A stretch of 27,370 nucleotides of DNA from Leidyana gryllorum EB-2025a (taxonomy: Eukaryota; Protista; Apicomplexa), in assembly GCA_048772705.1 (NCBI GenBank), contig JBLWGC010000011.1:1-27370 (forward strand), given 5' to 3'. Under the pieces are notes generated by a model. The model was not told the DNA's origin. It searched no databases and saw only the letters and a list, made by a program, of their open reading frames with translations. Positions 26,466 through 27,370 of the stretch are shown here, in pieces (position 1 is the first letter of the stretch; every line of letters begins with the position of its first letter). The translations under genes were made by a program, and so were the position numbers.

Positions 26466-26536
26466 GATTGCGTCCTTGGTATTTAGCACTGGACACTTTG
26501 GATTTCCCGACCTGGGGTCGATCCCGGCCCGACCCT
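26466..26536 (+). pseudogene. tRNA-Gln(TTG) pseudogene
   Basis: Paralog of 4231-4300. Confidence 0.72.
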
Positions 26537-26599
26537 TGAACTGGTCCTCACTACTCCCTGAAGCTTCGCCACTTCTCTTGGGCTGCGGGGAGCATCCAT

Positions 26600-26672
26600 G
26601 CAGCCATGGTCTAGTGGTTACGACGTCTGCTTTACACGCAGAAGGTCCCGAGTTCGATCCTCGGTGGCTGTA
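26600..26672 (+). tRNA. trnV(TAC): tRNA-Val(TAC)
   Basis: TCTGC-TT TAC AC-GCAGA; intact. Confidence 0.93.
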
Positions 26673-26727
26673 GCTCGCAACTTTCAGCACGCACCAAAAA
26701 AGACAATCTTAAGCGAAATCACCTGTG

Positions 26728-26799
26728 GTCTGAGACCGGGAATCGAACCCGGGTCTTCCGCGTGACAGGCGGAAATACTAACCACTATACTATCTCGGA
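26728..26799 (-). tRNA. trnD(GTC): tRNA-Asp(GTC) variant
   Basis: Acceptor mismatch and altered discriminator. Confidence 0.78.
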
Positions 26800-26892
26800 C
26801 GCTCGCAAACACGCCGGCCTTCAGCCTCAGACGTCTTACCAGTTTCGAGATTCCACGGACAAAAACTGCGTGGAGCGACGAACCAACACTGC

Positions 26893-26972
26893 GGCAAGAT
26901 GGCCGAGTGGTCTAAGGCGCTGTGTTAAGGCCGCAGTCCGAAAGGGCGTGGGTTCGAATCCCACTCTTGTCA
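26893..26972 (+). tRNA. trnL(AAG): tRNA-Leu(AAG)
   Basis: Intact. Confidence 0.94.
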
Positions 26973-27039
26973 ACCGTTGTATTGTATTGAGTCGTCCCCT
27001 CTCTTCACCGATAGACAGGTCGTTCGACCTACATACAGC

Positions 27040-27110
27040 TGCACCTACCGGGACTCGAACCCGGGTTACGACCTTGGAAGGGTCGCATCTTACCCTTAGA
27101 CCACAAGTGC
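27040..27110 (-). tRNA. trnG(TCC): tRNA-Gly(TCC)
   Basis: Essentially intact. Confidence 0.92.
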
Positions 27111-27202
27111 AATTGCGAAAGATCTGCAGCACCCCGAGAGACTCGGGCAATTTCTGCTCCCAGCTTCAGGTTGAGTAGTGCTTTGCCAATCACCCCTCTA
27201 CT

Positions 27203-27282
27203 TCCGGTGGGACGGAATCGAGCCGCCGACTATCTGATGCCAGCACTACAGTCAGATGCTCTACCAACTGAGCTACCCCCGG
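27203..27282 (-). tRNA. trnY(GTA): tRNA-Tyr(GTA) with 7-nt intron (27239-27245)
   Basis: TCTGA CTGTAG tgctggc A TCAGA; 73+7 nt; C1:G72, A73; one acceptor mismatch. Confidence 0.85.
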
Positions 27283-27299
27283 CCGTCCAACTGCTCCGG

Positions 27300-27370
27300 G
27301 GTTCGAAAGGCTTAACCCAAGATCCTCGCCCTGTCGGACTGCGGCCTGAACACAGCGCCTTAGACCACTC
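27300..27370 (-). pseudogene. tRNA-Leu(CAG) partial, 3' half degenerate, 5' end beyond window
   Basis: Leu anticodon arm at about 27338-27354. Confidence 0.65.

Larger units (their letters stand above)
1..27370. repeat. Scrambled multi-isotype tRNA gene/pseudogene array (extends past both window ends)
   Basis: About 150 tRNA-derived elements on both strands, joined by recurring spacer sequences; tRNAs are truncated at both window edges. Confidence 0.97.

Noticed and set aside
52-27178. All ORFs in the six-frame track (61-202 aa)
   Set aside because: They overlap tRNA genes on either strand. Recurring peptides such as GIEPG, GSIPG and GFEP are translations of the B box. I recognise no protein domains, many starts are non-ATG, and frames are not preserved between duplicates.
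1-27370. CRISPR array or integron-like cassette array
   Set aside because: The repeats are full tRNA cloverleafs of many families in both orientations with homologous spacers. There is no constant repeat with unique spacers and no cas or integrase gene.
1-27370. Bacterial, phage or organellar tRNA array
   Set aside because: Eight A34 anticodon types, eukaryotic iMet and Ala T-loops, a 37/38 intron and no encoded CCA indicate eukaryotic cytosolic tRNAs.
1-27370. tRNA-derived SINE family or retroposed copies
   Set aside because: There are no poly-A or simple-repeat tails, no added CCA and no per-copy target-site duplications. The Tyr intron is retained and flanks are copied with the genes, indicating DNA-level duplication.
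1-27370. Variants being long-read sequencing error
   Set aside because: Many lesions are shared exactly between duplicates, and perfect genes sit beside degenerate ones. Individual singletons could still be errors.

Overview
This window contains no protein-coding DNA that I can support. It is a very dense array of eukaryotic cytosolic-type tRNA genes, point-mutated variants, pseudogenes and fragments on both strands. I hand-located about 150 tRNA-derived elements in 27.4 kb, roughly one per 180 bp. They cover all 20 amino acids and about 40 anticodon classes including initiator Met. Eukaryotic markers are: no encoded CCA, A34 anticodons (AGC, AAC, AGT, AAT, AGA, AAG, AGG, ACG), an Ala T-loop ATCG, an iMet with A1:T72 and GATCGAAA, and an intron only in Tyr. 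The array is not a simple tandem repeat but a mosaic of multi-tRNA cassettes copied as 0.3-1.2 kb direct and inverted blocks. Main signals: (1) a 384-bp tRNA-bearing segment present as a filled site, an empty site and a circularly permuted junction, all at the same TGC; (2) anticodons that differ between otherwise equivalent cassette slots, including three adjacent genes with non-cognate anticodons; (3) a 7-nt tRNA-Tyr intron; (4) absence of oligo-T Pol III terminators behind most genes checked. Coordinates were read by eye and may be off by a few bases for degenerate copies. Intact versus pseudogene calls are manual, not tRNAscan scores.
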